NCBI GenBank assembly: GCA_026025075.1
Contig: JAPEUI010000155.1
Coordinates: forward strand, 1 to 33,907
Direction: 5' to 3'
Origin: Vezdaea acicularis
Taxonomy: Eukaryota
DNA length: 33,907 nucleotides
In this document: positions 12,601-24,404 of the stretch, piece after piece
How positions within the stretch are numbered: the first letter of the stretch is position 1
Layout of the letters: each line of letters opens with the position of its first letter
Program-made: the position numbers and the translations under genes
Notes under the pieces: generated by a model
Database searches by the model: none
What the model saw: the letters and a program-made list of their open reading frames with translations, nothing else
What the model was told of the DNA's origin: nothing

Positions 12601-15600
12601 GGAGCTCGCGAGGCAAGGCGGCTGGGATCCAAAACGAGTCACGCAACTCTACCTACAAGAACTCGCGAAGGGGAAAGCTAGGAGCGAGAAGCAGGAGCCG
12701 ATCGTCTCTACGATCGAAACAAATGTCCACAAGCACCATGACGATGTTGACGCGCGCGGATATCACCAAGAGCCAATCACCCCCGTTACGGACATAGATT
12801 ATGAAGGTCTAGACGATGGGGCGGGAGAGCATCCTCGAGGCTATCAGCTTTCGGATGGCGGCTGGTCATCGCATCGAGCGAGCAGAGATATAGATGACTC
12901 TGCGGACACTGGCTCAAGGGAAGAAGAAAGCGTTCAGCAAGACAACGACTGGGATATGGCTTCGACATCCGCCACCGACTGGATCCATCCTCGGGTTGAG
13001 CAAACTCCTACGCTAGACGAGCCTGACCCCGATTATCGACCTCCACCACCTCCTAAAGATCACGAATCACCACAAAAGCCTCTGGCTCAGTCTCGACTAA
13101 GTCCTATCCCAATTCTGGACCGAGAAGGTGCAGATACTCCAAGAATCAACACAGATGACCGACCCAGGCTGCCCGAGATCAAGTCGGCTGGGGAGGGACT
13201 CGGGCTTTCCTTGTCGATAGATCCCCCTGAAGATTCGCCAACGCTTCCGCCTCCCCTTCCAGATCATTCGCCACCGCTACCACCGGCTCCTGAAACCATC
13301 GAGAGTACGGTATCCGCGCCAGTTCACCCGCCGACGCAACCTTTCATTCCACCGTCACCCAGCATTTACAGTCGCAATCCTCCGTCGAGCATCTTCCCCA
13401 GTGTTTTCCCCAGAGGCATCGCTGAAGGACCAAGTATGGTCAGGATAGGTGATGGCTCGTCGCAATCAGCCGAGACGCCGACGGGGTCCGCAATTCGGAC
13501 ACCCGAGACTGGCACTTCCCAATCTCAGGAGCAACCTAATCATGAGGTGCCATCTCGACAATCCTCAGAAGGTCAAGTGAAAGACGCGGCGCCCTCAGCG
13601 GAACAGAAGCGTCTGACGAAGCGGAAATTCATCATCAAAGAGCTTGTGGATACCGAGAAATCTTTCTTGCAGGACATGACGGTGACCGATGAGATTTACA
13701 AGGGGACCGCGAGCCCTCCGCTTAGGTCTGACGACATCAAGACGTTGTTCTGGAACTCGGACCAGATCGTCGCGTTCTCCAAAACGTTCCTCGAAGCTCT
13801 CAAGCAGGCGTCATCCAGCGTCTACGTTCCTCCCAGTGGCTTGCAGAGCAAGCGGACGAGCGTTGCGACCTCGGACAGTGGTGGCAATCGGTCTTCCATG
13901 CATAATACAGATCTCACGGACGACGAGAAAGACAAGAAAACCTTCATTGGCGAAGCCTTTGGTCAGCACATGGCGAGAATGGAAAAGGTCTATGGCGAAT
14001 ATCTGCGTAATCACGGCGCTGCCAATCGGCTCCTGGAGAAGATACAGAACTTACCCAACGTCGCCATCTGGCTTCAGCAATGCCGAGAAAATGCCTATGA
14101 TCTTACGGCAGCTTGGTCGCTCGACTCGCTACTCGTGAAGCCAGTACAAAGAATCTTGAAGTATCCGTTGCTACTGTCAAATCTTCTTGAAGTCACCCCC
14201 GAGAACCACCCCGACTTTACAGCCCTTGACGTTGCAGTCAGAGAGATGACTGGGGCGTCGCACAGGATCGATGAGATGAAGAAGCGAGCCGATGTTCTAG
14301 AGAAAGTCGTTGGTCGCAAGCGCAAAGAGTCGGATGTTCGCACTGGCATCTCCAAAGCCTTCGGTCGGCGTACAGAGAAATTGAGGCAGCAGGTCGGGCT
14401 TTCCGACATGTTTGAGGACCGTGCATATGGCGAAATTCAGCGAAGGTTCGGTTCTCATCTCATGCACCTGCACCTTGTCATGAAAGATGTCGAGTCCTAC
14501 ACTGCCGACGCGGACGCCTATGTGCAACGCTTCAATCAGTACGTGGTGGCCATAGAAGCTATCCTGCAGGTCAGTCCGAGTAGTTATCCGGAGGTCGAAA
14601 GCAAGTGGCGGAAGTTTGCCCAGTCAATGCGGGAAATGTCGGTGACCGCTTTGAATGAACATGTAAGCTGCTCCCTAACGACACGAGAAGTAAACCCTTG
14701 GCTGATCATCTGATAGAAACTCTCCGTTCGGAAACATGTCATCGAACCCATGGTTACTCTGCTCAAGATACACGATGGACCTCAGAAGATTATGGCCAAA
14801 CGTAACAAGAGAATTCTCGACTATGCGAAATACCGAGGAATGAAGGACCGAGGCGATAAGCCAGACAAGAAGATCACCGAGCAAGGCGAGCAATTCGTCG
14901 CGCTGAATGACACGCTCAAGGACGAGCTCCCAAGGCTATTCAACCTGACGACCAAGCTCGTCGAGGCCTGCCTGCAGAGATTCGTCAGCATCCAGATGCA
15001 GTGGCAGACTTTGTGGCAGACCAAGCTCAAAGCAATTCTTGACGAGCCTGATGTTCCCAACCGATTATCCCAGATTATCGTCCGCTTTGTCGATGACTTT
15101 GAACTTACCCAAGCTCAAGTCGCATCACTTGGCATATGCAACGGTCAACTCCTTGCAGAAGCGGTCAACTTCTTGTCTCCTTCGATAACACTCTCTGACG
15201 AGCGCGATCGATCGAACTCGCTTTCACGCCCTCCAACTCTCAACTCGCGCCATCGGACCGGTTCGATGAATAGCGATCAGTCGCCGAGTCTACCAACTCC
15301 AGACTTTGCCAAACGTAACTCTGGCTCGTTCTTCACTCCATTCGGCGACCCGAATCCTCCCTACCCGCCTCCAACAAGCCACTCTAGTACTGGTGGTCAT
15401 CAACAGACTTCATCCTCATCCTCGGCAAATGGTTCAGCTGCACTAGCAGCCGGACGACTTCGTGCTTCGTCAGGTCCCCGGCCCTCATTGACTTCAACCG
15501 ATGCCACGACATTGAATTCGATACGGTCTTACTCTTATGCGACTGCCTCTACACGCCCGTCGACCTCTGTAGCGCCAGGTATCAGTGCGCGGTCCCCGAC

Positions 15601-16042
15601 ACAGCCTGGCCCATTCTTCTCTCCGCAGGTCGGCACCCAGCGGCCTCCCACACCAACATCAACCACCTACACCAATCTCTTCACCTCTGCCCTACCTCTC
15701 TCAGACTCGCCTGTCCCTTCACCAACCGCAAACATGCCTCCGGGCGCCTATCCCCAGAGCCTGACGCCCACCTCCTCGTCCACACCAGGCCCTACGCCCG
15801 GCCCATCGATGCCCGGCCCCAACGTCATGTTCCTCGCCGCGTCCCTGTTCGAATTCAACATCGACCGCGCCAGGAAAGAAGCCGGATACCCCTACCTGAC
15901 CTACGTCCCCGGCGAGATCTTTGACGTCATCGGCGAAAAGGGAGAACTGTGGCTCGCCAAGAACCAGGACGATCCTGGCAATCTCGTCGGTTGGATCTGG
16001 TGCAAGCACTTTGCCCGCCTGGATGGTGGAGCTGATAATTGA
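9698..16042 (+). CDS. Rho guanine-nucleotide exchange factor with DH (RhoGEF), BAR and C-terminal SH3-like domains (Gef1/DNMBP-like), about 2096 aa
   Basis: Exon 1 9698-14662, intron 14663-14716 (GTAAGC...GCTGAT...TAG), exon 2 14717-16042. DH motifs 'KRKFIIKELVDTEKSF' and 'LDSLLVKPVQRILKYPLLL'; BAR-like 'MAKRNKRILDY...LNDTLKDELPRL'; SH3-like 'AASLFEF...YLTYVPGEIFDVIGEKGELW...VGWIW'. Start is the first in-frame ATG and is less certain. Confidence 0.9.
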
Positions 16043-16043
16043 C

Positions 16044-16069
16044 GAGAGAAAGAGAGAGAGAAAGAGAGA
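16044..16069 (+). repeat. Imperfect (GA)n microsatellite immediately after the RhoGEF stop codon
   Basis: gagagaaagagagagagaaagagaga. Confidence 0.8.
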
Positions 16070-17099
16070 TGTATACCTCGCGTAACGAACCAAAGCAATG
16101 GCGAAATGAATCCCCCTTTGTGCGACTTCCTGCATAATTCACCAACCCCGGCGTTTTTTGGGAGGGGCGCGAATGCCGGACGGACCCGGAAAACGATGAG
16201 CCACGACTTTGCATCACGTACACAGCACACGCCTCACGGCCTTTTCTTCTTTTCCTTTTCCTCCCCTTTCCTGCCTCTCCCCTATCACACCACCATACCC
16301 CCCTCCATCCCTCTCGCTCACTCGTCCTTTCTTCTGCATCTTCCACTCACGTCCTTCATCCCGACCCCCTTTTCTACCGCATACCCGACTGCGCCCGCGC
16401 GTGCGGGGAGTTTGTACTATATCACCACACTATACCACAAAACCAGCACGACTCATCCATCTACCGCCACCGGGGTTCTAGCGGTCAGAGTCGTAACCGC
16501 TAGGGCCGTAGAAAGCGAGAGTGGAAATGTGGCGCGCGGGGCGTTTCTTTTCTTTGTGAAACGGGTCGACGACTAGGCGTCTTCCAGATGGCAGCATCCT
16601 TCTTTTCTTTTCCCTTCGGGCCATGAGCGACGATTTCTTCCATCCCCCCTTCTCTCTTGCTTTCTGCTCCTTCCAGTCATGTTTCTTTCCTGGCCTTGCG
16701 TCTTGATTGATAGCGAAGAGGCACTCATCCGGTTTTTTGTTGGGTTTGTTTTGTTCTCTTGCGGCTGCGATCTCATTCACCTCATTTACCTCTCCAGCCA
16801 GCGAGGAAGGAGAGGGAAAGCTGAATATGGCGACGATATGGGCACGGACGGGCTTGACACCTCGCAGGAAATTTTTTTTGCGGAGATGAGTGAGAGAGGA
16901 CTCATGGATATGTGATGTGATGGTGTGTAGTGGGCATACTTGAGTATAATTGAGATTAAGACTACTGATCTATATGCTTGCTTGCTGATTCATCTAATGG
17001 AATTGCCGGGAATGCGTATGTGTGAACGGTCTATCTAGGTATCAATATCTGACTCTGAGAATGCCTGAACGGCTCCTGAACTTCGTACTCTTTGCACCT

Positions 17100-17370
17100 T
17101 CCTACTCTTTTAAGCTTCCTACCCTCTTCCACTCGCTACTCTCCTCGCCGTCCTACTCTTCTCAGCTTCCTACTCGTCTTTCCTCGCTACTCCCATCCCC
17201 GATCTAAATGCGTGCTAATTATCCAATGAAACCGCCCAAATGCTGTGCGCGAACGATCGATCTATTAGATATCCAACTCTGACAACCCCCGAACTTCTCT
17301 TTACCTTCCTACACTCCTTACCTTCCTACTCTCCTCACCTCCCTACTCTTCTCCCCTCCTCTACTCCACC
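17100..17370 (+). repeat. Degenerate pyrimidine-rich repeat of about 50 bp (three copies) at the 3' end of the glycosylase gene
   Basis: Units start tcctactcttttaagcttcctac (17100), tcctactcttctcagcttcctac (17151) and tcctactctcctcacctccctac (about 17324), each followed by ...ctactc. Confidence 0.6.
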
Positions 17371-19172
17371 GACAACGACGCCCCGCCCAGCACAAGCCCC
17401 CACTCCTGATCCGTCATCCCCCGCCTCTCGCCCGTCTCCGGATCCCAGACCTTGCCCTCCTCCTTCATCCACCTCCACTTGAGATAAGCCCTCAACTCCT
17501 TATCCAAAGGACGAACCCTTTTCCACTCCCCCTCCACACCAGGCAGCGACGCATCCACGCCCCTGAGTTCATCCCGACAGAAAATTCGCCAACTATCAAG
17601 CGCATAGGCGCCCACCCCTTCCAAATGCGCCACCTCCCACGCGCCCTCACGCGGATCTTCCGTCTCGTCGGCGAGAACCTCGGCGCGTCTGATGTCGCTC
17701 CCAGTACCATGAGATGGGTAATGGAGGAGGCGGTAACGCTTCCCCTCTTGCGGCGGATTGGCGAGCCACTGCTTCGCAAACTTGATGAAGCGGCGGGCGC
17801 GCGTGTTTTGTAGGCCGAGCGTGCGGATGATGCTGGTGACGTCTTCTTCGGCGGCGTTGGCTAGGGCGGCGGGCGTGGGGTAGGTGGCCATGAGTTCTTC
17901 GTAGATTGGGATCGCGTGGATGCCTTTGGTGCGGTTGAGGAGGCTGACGGCGATGAGGAGCCGGAAAGGGTCGTGTCGGAGGCGTTCTTGGACCAGGCCG
18001 AAGCGCGGGGAGGAGAGCGGCGGGAAGGGGATAGCGGAGGTGCCGGCCTTTCGGGGGGATGGAGTGAAGTAGGGAGATTTGGTTAAGGACGTGGTCCTCT
18101 TCCTCTTAGTTCTAGTAGGGGTTGCTACTGCGTTTGGCCGTTCGCTATTTTGTTGAAGAATTGCTGGCTCGTCTTCATTTCCGGTTGCGGCTCTTCCGTC
18201 AGGCTCCTCAAAAGGGGGTGCGACCGCACTATACAAGTCTGTTAGCAGATCAACGGCATTCGTAAAGCTCTTCCGTCTAATCCTCTCCGGCTTTTCCATT
18301 TGCTTCGCAGCTGCGGATTTTCTCTTGGAGGGCTTAACCTTATTGACTTTTATCTTGGCTTCATCTGCGACCCGAACGGCCTTGCTAGCGTTCGACCTTT
18401 TTGAAGCCTTTCGTCCTTTCTTTTCCATCGGGACCTCCTCGTCGACATTATCTTCCATGGAAACCTCCTCCAACTCGCTCCCGCTCTCGATCTCTGGCTT
18501 TACCGGGATATCCACGGTAGGCCTTGCTTCAATAACAACCGCCACCCCATCTGAAAGTGATTCTTGAGGTGCCATATTCTTTCGTTCCTCCTTGATCTCC
18601 TTCATTCTCCTCTTCCTCCCCATTGCAGCGAGCTCCTTGGATCTTTTTATACTAATATCCTTTGATTCGGGCTTTACGTCACGCGTGTTTCTCGACGGAT
18701 CCATGTCCTCTAACCGCAAAATCCCCTCTTTCTTCTCCGCCCCCGTCACCTTCTTCGCTGGAGGTGCCTTGCCATTATCGGCAGACGCTCTCTTTGTGGC
18801 CTTAGTCATCGTCGTTCCCCCTAGTTTCGAGTCGGGTGACGAGGCGGCATGATTGGCAGCCTTCCGCTTTTTCGATTTGGGGGTAGCATGTGCTCGAACA
18901 AGACCACCCATCGACGCGGGTTTAGCTGCTTGAGCCCTCTGAGTCACAGAAACTCTTCGAGAGGCTTGGCCCTCGGTCCCCGGCAGGATCTGTCCCTCCA
19001 ATGGAGTGGCAGTGGCGAGGGCAGGGCGTTCGATACATCTCTTGAGTAGATCCACCTCTTCCAGAGGGGCAGCTTCTAGGAATTTGATGAATTCCGCTTT
19101 CGACATGTCTCCCAGATCGATAGCATCTAGGTCGACCTCCGGTCTATTGATTTGCTTGTGTTTCTTTGCCAT
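17361..19172 (-). CDS. MBD4-like HhH-GPD DNA glycosylase with long basic/acidic N-terminal region, 603 aa
   Basis: Single ORF from ATG 19172 (MAKKHKQ). Glycosylase core 'SPRFGLVQERLRHDPFRLLIAVSLLNRTKG...YPTPAAL...IRTLGLQNTRARR', HhH 'LEGVGAYALDSWRIF', and 'VRPLDKELRAYLKW', typical of the MBD4 catalytic domain. Confidence 0.88.
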   Translation of the reverse strand: MAKKHKQINRPEVDLDAIDLGDMSKAEFIKFLEAAPLEEVDLLKRCIERPALATATPLEGQILPGTEGQASRRVSVTQRAQAAKPASMGGLVRAHATPKSKKRKAANHAASSPDSKLGGTTMTKATKRASADNGKAPPAKKVTGAEKKEGILRLEDMDPSRNTRDVKPESKDISIKRSKELAAMGRKRRMKEIKEERKNMAPQESLSDGVAVVIEARPTVDIPVKPEIESGSELEEVSMEDNVDEEVPMEKKGRKASKRSNASKAVRVADEAKIKVNKVKPSKRKSAAAKQMEKPERIRRKSFTNAVDLLTDLYSAVAPPFEEPDGRAATGNEDEPAILQQNSERPNAVATPTRTKRKRTTSLTKSPYFTPSPRKAGTSAIPFPPLSSPRFGLVQERLRHDPFRLLIAVSLLNRTKGIHAIPIYEELMATYPTPAALANAAEEDVTSIIRTLGLQNTRARRFIKFAKQWLANPPQEGKRYRLLHYPSHGTGSDIRRAEVLADETEDPREGAWEVAHLEGVGAYALDSWRIFCRDELRGVDASLPGVEGEWKRVRPLDKELRAYLKWRWMKEEGKVWDPETGERRGMTDQEWGLVLGGASLSVE

Positions 19173-19759
19173 TGTGGAATTTCGTGAGTGATGTCTAGCA
19201 GTCTTGCCACAAGAGGAGATGAATGAATCGTGGATAGGGAGGCTGGGTGAATTGTCTTTGGGCAATTGAGTTCACATTGTAAGGGAAGGTGTAGCTGCTA
19301 GCAAGAAGCCAGTTGGCTCCGGGCTGTTGGGTGAAAGTGTCAGGGGAAGTGTCAGGGGAGTTGTCCGGGGGAGGTGTAGTGGCGAGCAAGTTACGGAACT
19401 TTGCGCTCAAGACTACGCGAACTTTTTCCGCGAATAACGGGCGGGCATTTTATGTTTGATGATGTCTACTTTTCAAGCGGATAATATTTCGATATGAGGT
19501 TGATTTTTTCTAAGTGACTAAATCGAACAAACTTTTCTTGACATTCCTTACTCCAACAGCCCGCCGTCTCCCAAAATTCATCACTCTTTGCTCCTTCCAA
19601 TTGATGCCCCAAGAACCCACCCAGCTAATGCGTGACTCCGATCAAAATTCTTCAAGGTGCCCAATATTTCATAGACCTTTGACCTCATTCTAAACCCTCC
19701 GTATCTACAGTGGAAGCTGTAGATATAGAACTTCTGAAAGACCTAGGAGTCGGAAGAAT

Positions 19760-20861
19760 CTATGGTCGCGAGGTAGAGTTTGATGCGGGCGTCGAAGAAA
19801 CCGTAGACATCACACTGCTATTGGTAAAGGGAGGGGCCTGAAAAACGGAGGTATCATTGGGATTAAGAACGCTGTGCTTCAAGTCAGTTGAGTGGACAAG
19901 GGGTGACAGATACTTGGAATTCAGACCTGTCAATGACATGGATAACACCATTCGCGACCAGAAGGTCGGAAATCACGACTTTGGCGGAGTTGACAAAGAT
20001 CTGACCGTTTTCAACTCGGAACTTCAGACTCCCTCCATTTAGCGTTTCAACAGAAGTGCCATTCTTGAGGGAGGCGCTATAACCGACCGCGCCGCCCTGT
20101 ACGACGTGATACGAAAGGAGCGCCTTCAATGTCGCATCGGTCGCGTTTTGGATCGTAGAAGCAGCGGCGTTGAGTGCTTCATTACTAGGAACAAATAGCG
20201 TTATATCACTACCTGCGTCAATAGTATCTTCTAGCCCAACTTGCTCAAGAGCATCTAGAGCTGCAGTCAAATTGTTTGCTTCCAGGGTTTCAGATATATT
20301 GACCGGGAGACTAAGAATCGTATCGATAATTTGAATGATACCACCGGTAAAGTTCTGGTCCTGCAAAGGTCAAAGTCAACATTGTGACTAGAAGATTGTT
20401 TGAAAATAGCTTACAGCTTTACTGATATTTGCACGGGAATCTAGCCCAGAGTAAAAAGTGACGATATCGCCAGACTTTTGAATTTTGACACGTTGGCCGC
20501 CCGTAAGATTCGAGTAAGTTGCATTGTCTAGCAATGTTGGCAGCGTTGTGCCGTTTACGAAGGCGCTCGCCGGGTATGTGCCCAAGAGGACATGGTACTG
20601 TAACAAGGCATGAAGGTAACCTGGCTGTAAGAATGCTTCCATGTATTCAGGGCTATTGTTGAATTTCTGAAGGGCTTCATTAGAAGGCGCCAGTAAGGTG
20701 GTGTTAGTAGCGCCTCCAATTAGATCCAGAAGTCCTGGTGAACTTGAGATGAGTAAATTAAGCGTAGATAGGTCAGGATTTGAGCTGAGAGCATCGCTGA
20801 GATTCTGAGCGACAGCAACACCCAGAATGCAGGCACCAATTCCAAGGCACTTTGGATACAT
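19760..20861 (-). CDS. Secreted fasciclin (FAS1) two-domain protein, 330 aa
   Basis: Exons 20861-20415, 20360-19927, 19871-19760 (993 nt in frame). Signal peptide 'MYPKCLGIGACILGVAVAQ'; FAS1 motifs 'TLLAPSNEAL', 'LLQYHV', 'GGIIQIIDTIL', 'TLFVPSNEAL', 'LLSYHVV', 'NGVIHVIDSVL'. The intron 2 donor (GTCTGA) is weak. Confidence 0.85.
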
Positions 20862-22481
20862 CTTTGAACCTTCTCTTGAGAATATATGCCGAGTGTGGTT
20901 GTCGGAGAAGAAATAACTTCAAGCCCAAGGCTATTGGCTTCACTCAATCATGGCACCTCCTCATGCTTTATATCCTTCCAGATGGATTACCAAGGAGGGA
21001 AAAGAAATCCCTAGTCCGGATATTTGTGAGCTGGGTCCATGAGAGAAGGCTATGCTTGAGCTTCGATGATCGATGGTGTCAAGACCTAAGCGTGGCTGAT
21101 GTTCAATGGGGGGCCCGGGACTGACCCTTGCGAAGCTCATGATGCAAGGTAGTGATCCCGGATTGGCACAGGAACGGGCTTCGAGTGGAGTTGAGAAAAA
21201 CTTTGTGGGCAATGTCCGACCAACGCCCAAAGCGGATATAGGGCGTGCTACTAGATCCTGCAACCCTAAATGCGCCATTGGTGGACTAGCGTACGCGTCG
21301 TCAATATGAGACAGCTGTAAAAGTAGGATGTAACAATTCACGCTCCATCAGCGTAATGCCAATGAAGGAAGATGGCAGTTTTCAGGCCGCGAGGTAACCA
21401 TGTGAGGGAGCGCGTACAGCTGAGATTAAGGTAATTCAGACTGAAAGCAAGCACAGGTGAAGTCCTCTGGTATTATGGCCAAGTGCATGGTGCGGCATCC
21501 TACCTGCCCATTGCGTATTACCCAACACGTCTTCAAGGATTCAAGGAATAATTGGGTTATGAGGTTATTCTGAGGAGCAGTGACAAGGATTCGTTTGCGG
21601 TCTTTCTTTTACCGAGCGAAGTGCATAGATCACAAGCTGACAGACCACAGCCTTTACCAAGAAGGCGAGCTAGGAAATTACCTGGCACGCCTTCTCTTTT
21701 CTTCTGAAGCTCATGTTCTTCATCGGTCATAATTGAAACGCAGCCCGTTTTCCAACGAAATCCTGATGCTACCATGTAGCTCAAGAGAATAAACGTTATG
21801 GAATAAGAAGGCGTGACTTGAGCAATGCCAATGGGGTCAAGCCGTGAGAAATGAGAGTTGTGGCATTCTAGCTGTGATCAGAATTAAATCAGCCAAATCT
21901 CAAAAGTGGGATTTGAAACGATCAGTAAAGTGCTTGTAGCAGCGACACTGCTACCAGCTTTTGATCGAGCGTGATCAGCCTGCAACCACGGTAGATATAT
22001 GCCGCAATAAATCCGCGTTGGCTGTCCTCGACGCTAAGCGGGGAGTAAATAAGAGAAAATCGTCAACCCGAAGATTCGGGTTGTATGAGATGAGGCGAAA
22101 AGCCGCAGAACCTGGTCCTGACACGGTGATACCATGGACCAGGATAGAAAGCGGATCTTTGATTCACAACTTCGAGGGCTGGGTAACTCTGAATTAGAGT
22201 GGCGCGGTTTGTATTTCGGTCGTCAGCGGAAAAGCCTGGATGAAACCTAATTGGTCTGCATTGATGGCTGCTTGATAATGATGTCTTCAAACAAAATCCG
22301 AGCAAGGCGGTATCGGGATGATAATAGACCTATCCCCTATCAAAGTGCCGTGTACGTCTACTACGTCATAAGGGTATCTTTAGGAAAGGAAAGCCCCATG
22401 CACAAAATAGATCCCGTAACCCAAACGAATGACGCCCCACCAATGAAATACTATAGTGGAACGGTCCAGAGCGAAAGTTGC

Positions 22482-23737
22482 TTAAGCAGAGACGTTGTCT
22501 TTAACGAATTCAACAATGTATTCAAAATATCCCTCCACCATTACGCTATCGTTATGAGAGCCTTCGGGCAGAGGCCGCCAGACTTTCGTTTTTGACTGAC
22601 AAATGTCGAACAACTCTTTCATATGTGAAGGCCTGCCAATATTTTATCTTAGCGGAATCTTTCTTGATGCCATCAAAAGAATTGAAGTGCAAAGATAAGT
22701 GTGTCAGGAGACGTGTCTTGATATCAGAAATTAAAACATAGAAATTTGAAGCTCTTCACGAATACGAATATTTCCGAAGAAGAAAATTGACCAAGGGTTT
22801 TCATCATTTATCGGATGAACGGCCAGACACATAAAGGCGAATGACGGGAGCGTTCACTTACGGGACGATTTCATCTTTAAGCCCACTGAGAAAGAGCATT
22901 GGTACATTGCTGATGGACGGGAGCACTGCTTCGCTCGCCCAAACTTGGTGACAGAGTCGAGCGATGTACCTTGCGGGTGGAAGCACACTGGTGAAATGAT
23001 TAGACAGGCTTAGTAGACCCACACAGGGATTGCGCACCTTGGGATGAGTTTCCTCATGGATAGGAATGTGTTCTCGAGAATCAAGGCGGCGATCTTGTCC
23101 TTTTCCTGGTTCTTGGCGACGAGCTGAATGCCGACCGCACCGCCTAAGCTCTGACCGTAGATGACAATCTTGGAGTCTCTCGTCTCCGCGCGATGCCGGA
23201 CATAATCCAGGCCAGTTTGAGCGTCAATCATAAGACCGGCCTCATCGGGGGTACCTGTCGACAGGCCATAACCCCGATATTCAACCATTAGAATATTACA
23301 GGCGAGGTGCTCCTGCAGGACACGAGCAATTGGTACGCGGTGGCCGATATTACCCGCATTTCCATGGAACATGATCAACGTGATGTTTCGGCCAAGCCGT
23401 CGGTTCGGCGGTCGAATGAAGAACGCATTGAGGGATTCGCCATCCGGCGTCGGTATCGTAAGATCTTCAAAGTCTGTGATGCCGAACTGCGATGGACGTG
23501 GTACGGTCTCGCGTGCGCCTGCAGGGAGGTTCCGAGGATATATGATCTCACTGGGAGAAGGATATTTTAGCAGGTGGTAAAGAGGACAGAGTAGAGGAAG
23601 TCTCACTTTTGCTTGAAATACAGCAAACCGCTGACGACTGCCGCGAGGCCGGAGGAGGCAATCAAGGGGATTTTCATGAAGGAAAGGACGCTGGAAAGCT
23701 GATCATAAAACGTATTCGTGTTCTCTGACGACGGCAT
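22482..23737 (-). CDS. BEM46: BEM46/ABHD13-family alpha/beta hydrolase, 306 aa, 4 exons
   Basis: Exons 23737-23607, 23550-23038, 22987-22862, 22632-22482 (921 nt). N-terminal hydrophobic segment, 'FHGNAGNIGHR', 'EYRGYG', nucleophile elbow 'GQSLGGA', acid 'GLKDEIVPP', His 'GSHND'. Confidence 0.93.
22720..22812 (-). ncRNA. Intronic box C/D snoRNA in BEM46 intron 3
   Basis: Minus strand: GATA-a-ATGATGA (box C, 22807-22801) ... CGGA (D'-like) ... GTGAAGA (C'-like) ... CTATGTTTTAATT-t-CTGA (box D, 22727-22724)-TATC. GATA/TATC terminal stem. The 13-nt element is antisense to the conserved LSU rRNA sequence AAUUAAAACAUAG. The host intron is 229 nt versus 48-105 nt for the other coding-region introns. 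Confidence 0.85.
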
Positions 23738-23990
23738 GTTGTCGGTCGTATTTCGTGAGTGTGAGGGGGGATGAAATGAAATGAAGGGACGCCAAAAGCT
23801 TAAGTCATGGATATCTGTCCGTAGGCAGACGCGAGGGAATGCTTTTGCTGTCGCGCTTCTGCACGAGATCCACGCCGACCTTTTGCGATAAGGTGAGGCC
23901 GGGGGGACCCCGATACCAGCTCTATGAGATCAACGTCCGAGAGCAATTGTGGGAACACGTCTGTGAGGCAAAGCCATGGAAAAATAAGAC

Positions 23991-24007
23991 AGAGAGAGAG
24001 AGAGAGA
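23991..24007 (+). repeat. (AG)n microsatellite in the BEM46/PRE3 divergent intergenic region
   Basis: agagagagagagagaga. Confidence 0.85.
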
Positions 24008-24404
24008 AGTGATGAAGCTGAAAATGGAATTGGAAAGGAAAGATGGAGTCGAGCAATTGTAGGATTTTGGTGACGGAGACGCGATTTCGCAAGTAGGAAT
24101 GATCGATCTGAGTGCCCCAAAGAGAAGTGCCCCATGCCCCATGAGCAACGCCGCTTCAGTTTCAAGTTGAAAACCCCTGCCCATTGCTAAGCCGTTCTTG
24201 GCTGTAGCGCACCGTCAGCTTTCGGCAAACGCAAGAGGCTCTACTGGAAAACGCGTTCTACGCTGCCTGCTACCTATCCATTCGAACCTCGGCCCTAGTT
24301 TGCGGATTAACAACCGGATAACATTCTCCTCCTTTATTCGCCTTGCTGTGTCACTTGGGGTCCTTGCTATTAGCATCCTTCAGCTTCTTGTAGAATTATT
24401 CAAG

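Noticed and set aside
21262..21269. AACCCTAA on the + strand in the fasciclin-BEM46 intergenic region as a TER template
   Set aside because: Short match with no supporting structure seen. Worth revisiting only if the telomeres prove to be TTAGGG.
22784..22794. TTGGTCAATTT in the snoRNA resembles fungal U6 snRNA sequence
   Set aside because: Same sense as U6 rather than antisense, and there is no ACAGAGA box; treated as coincidence.
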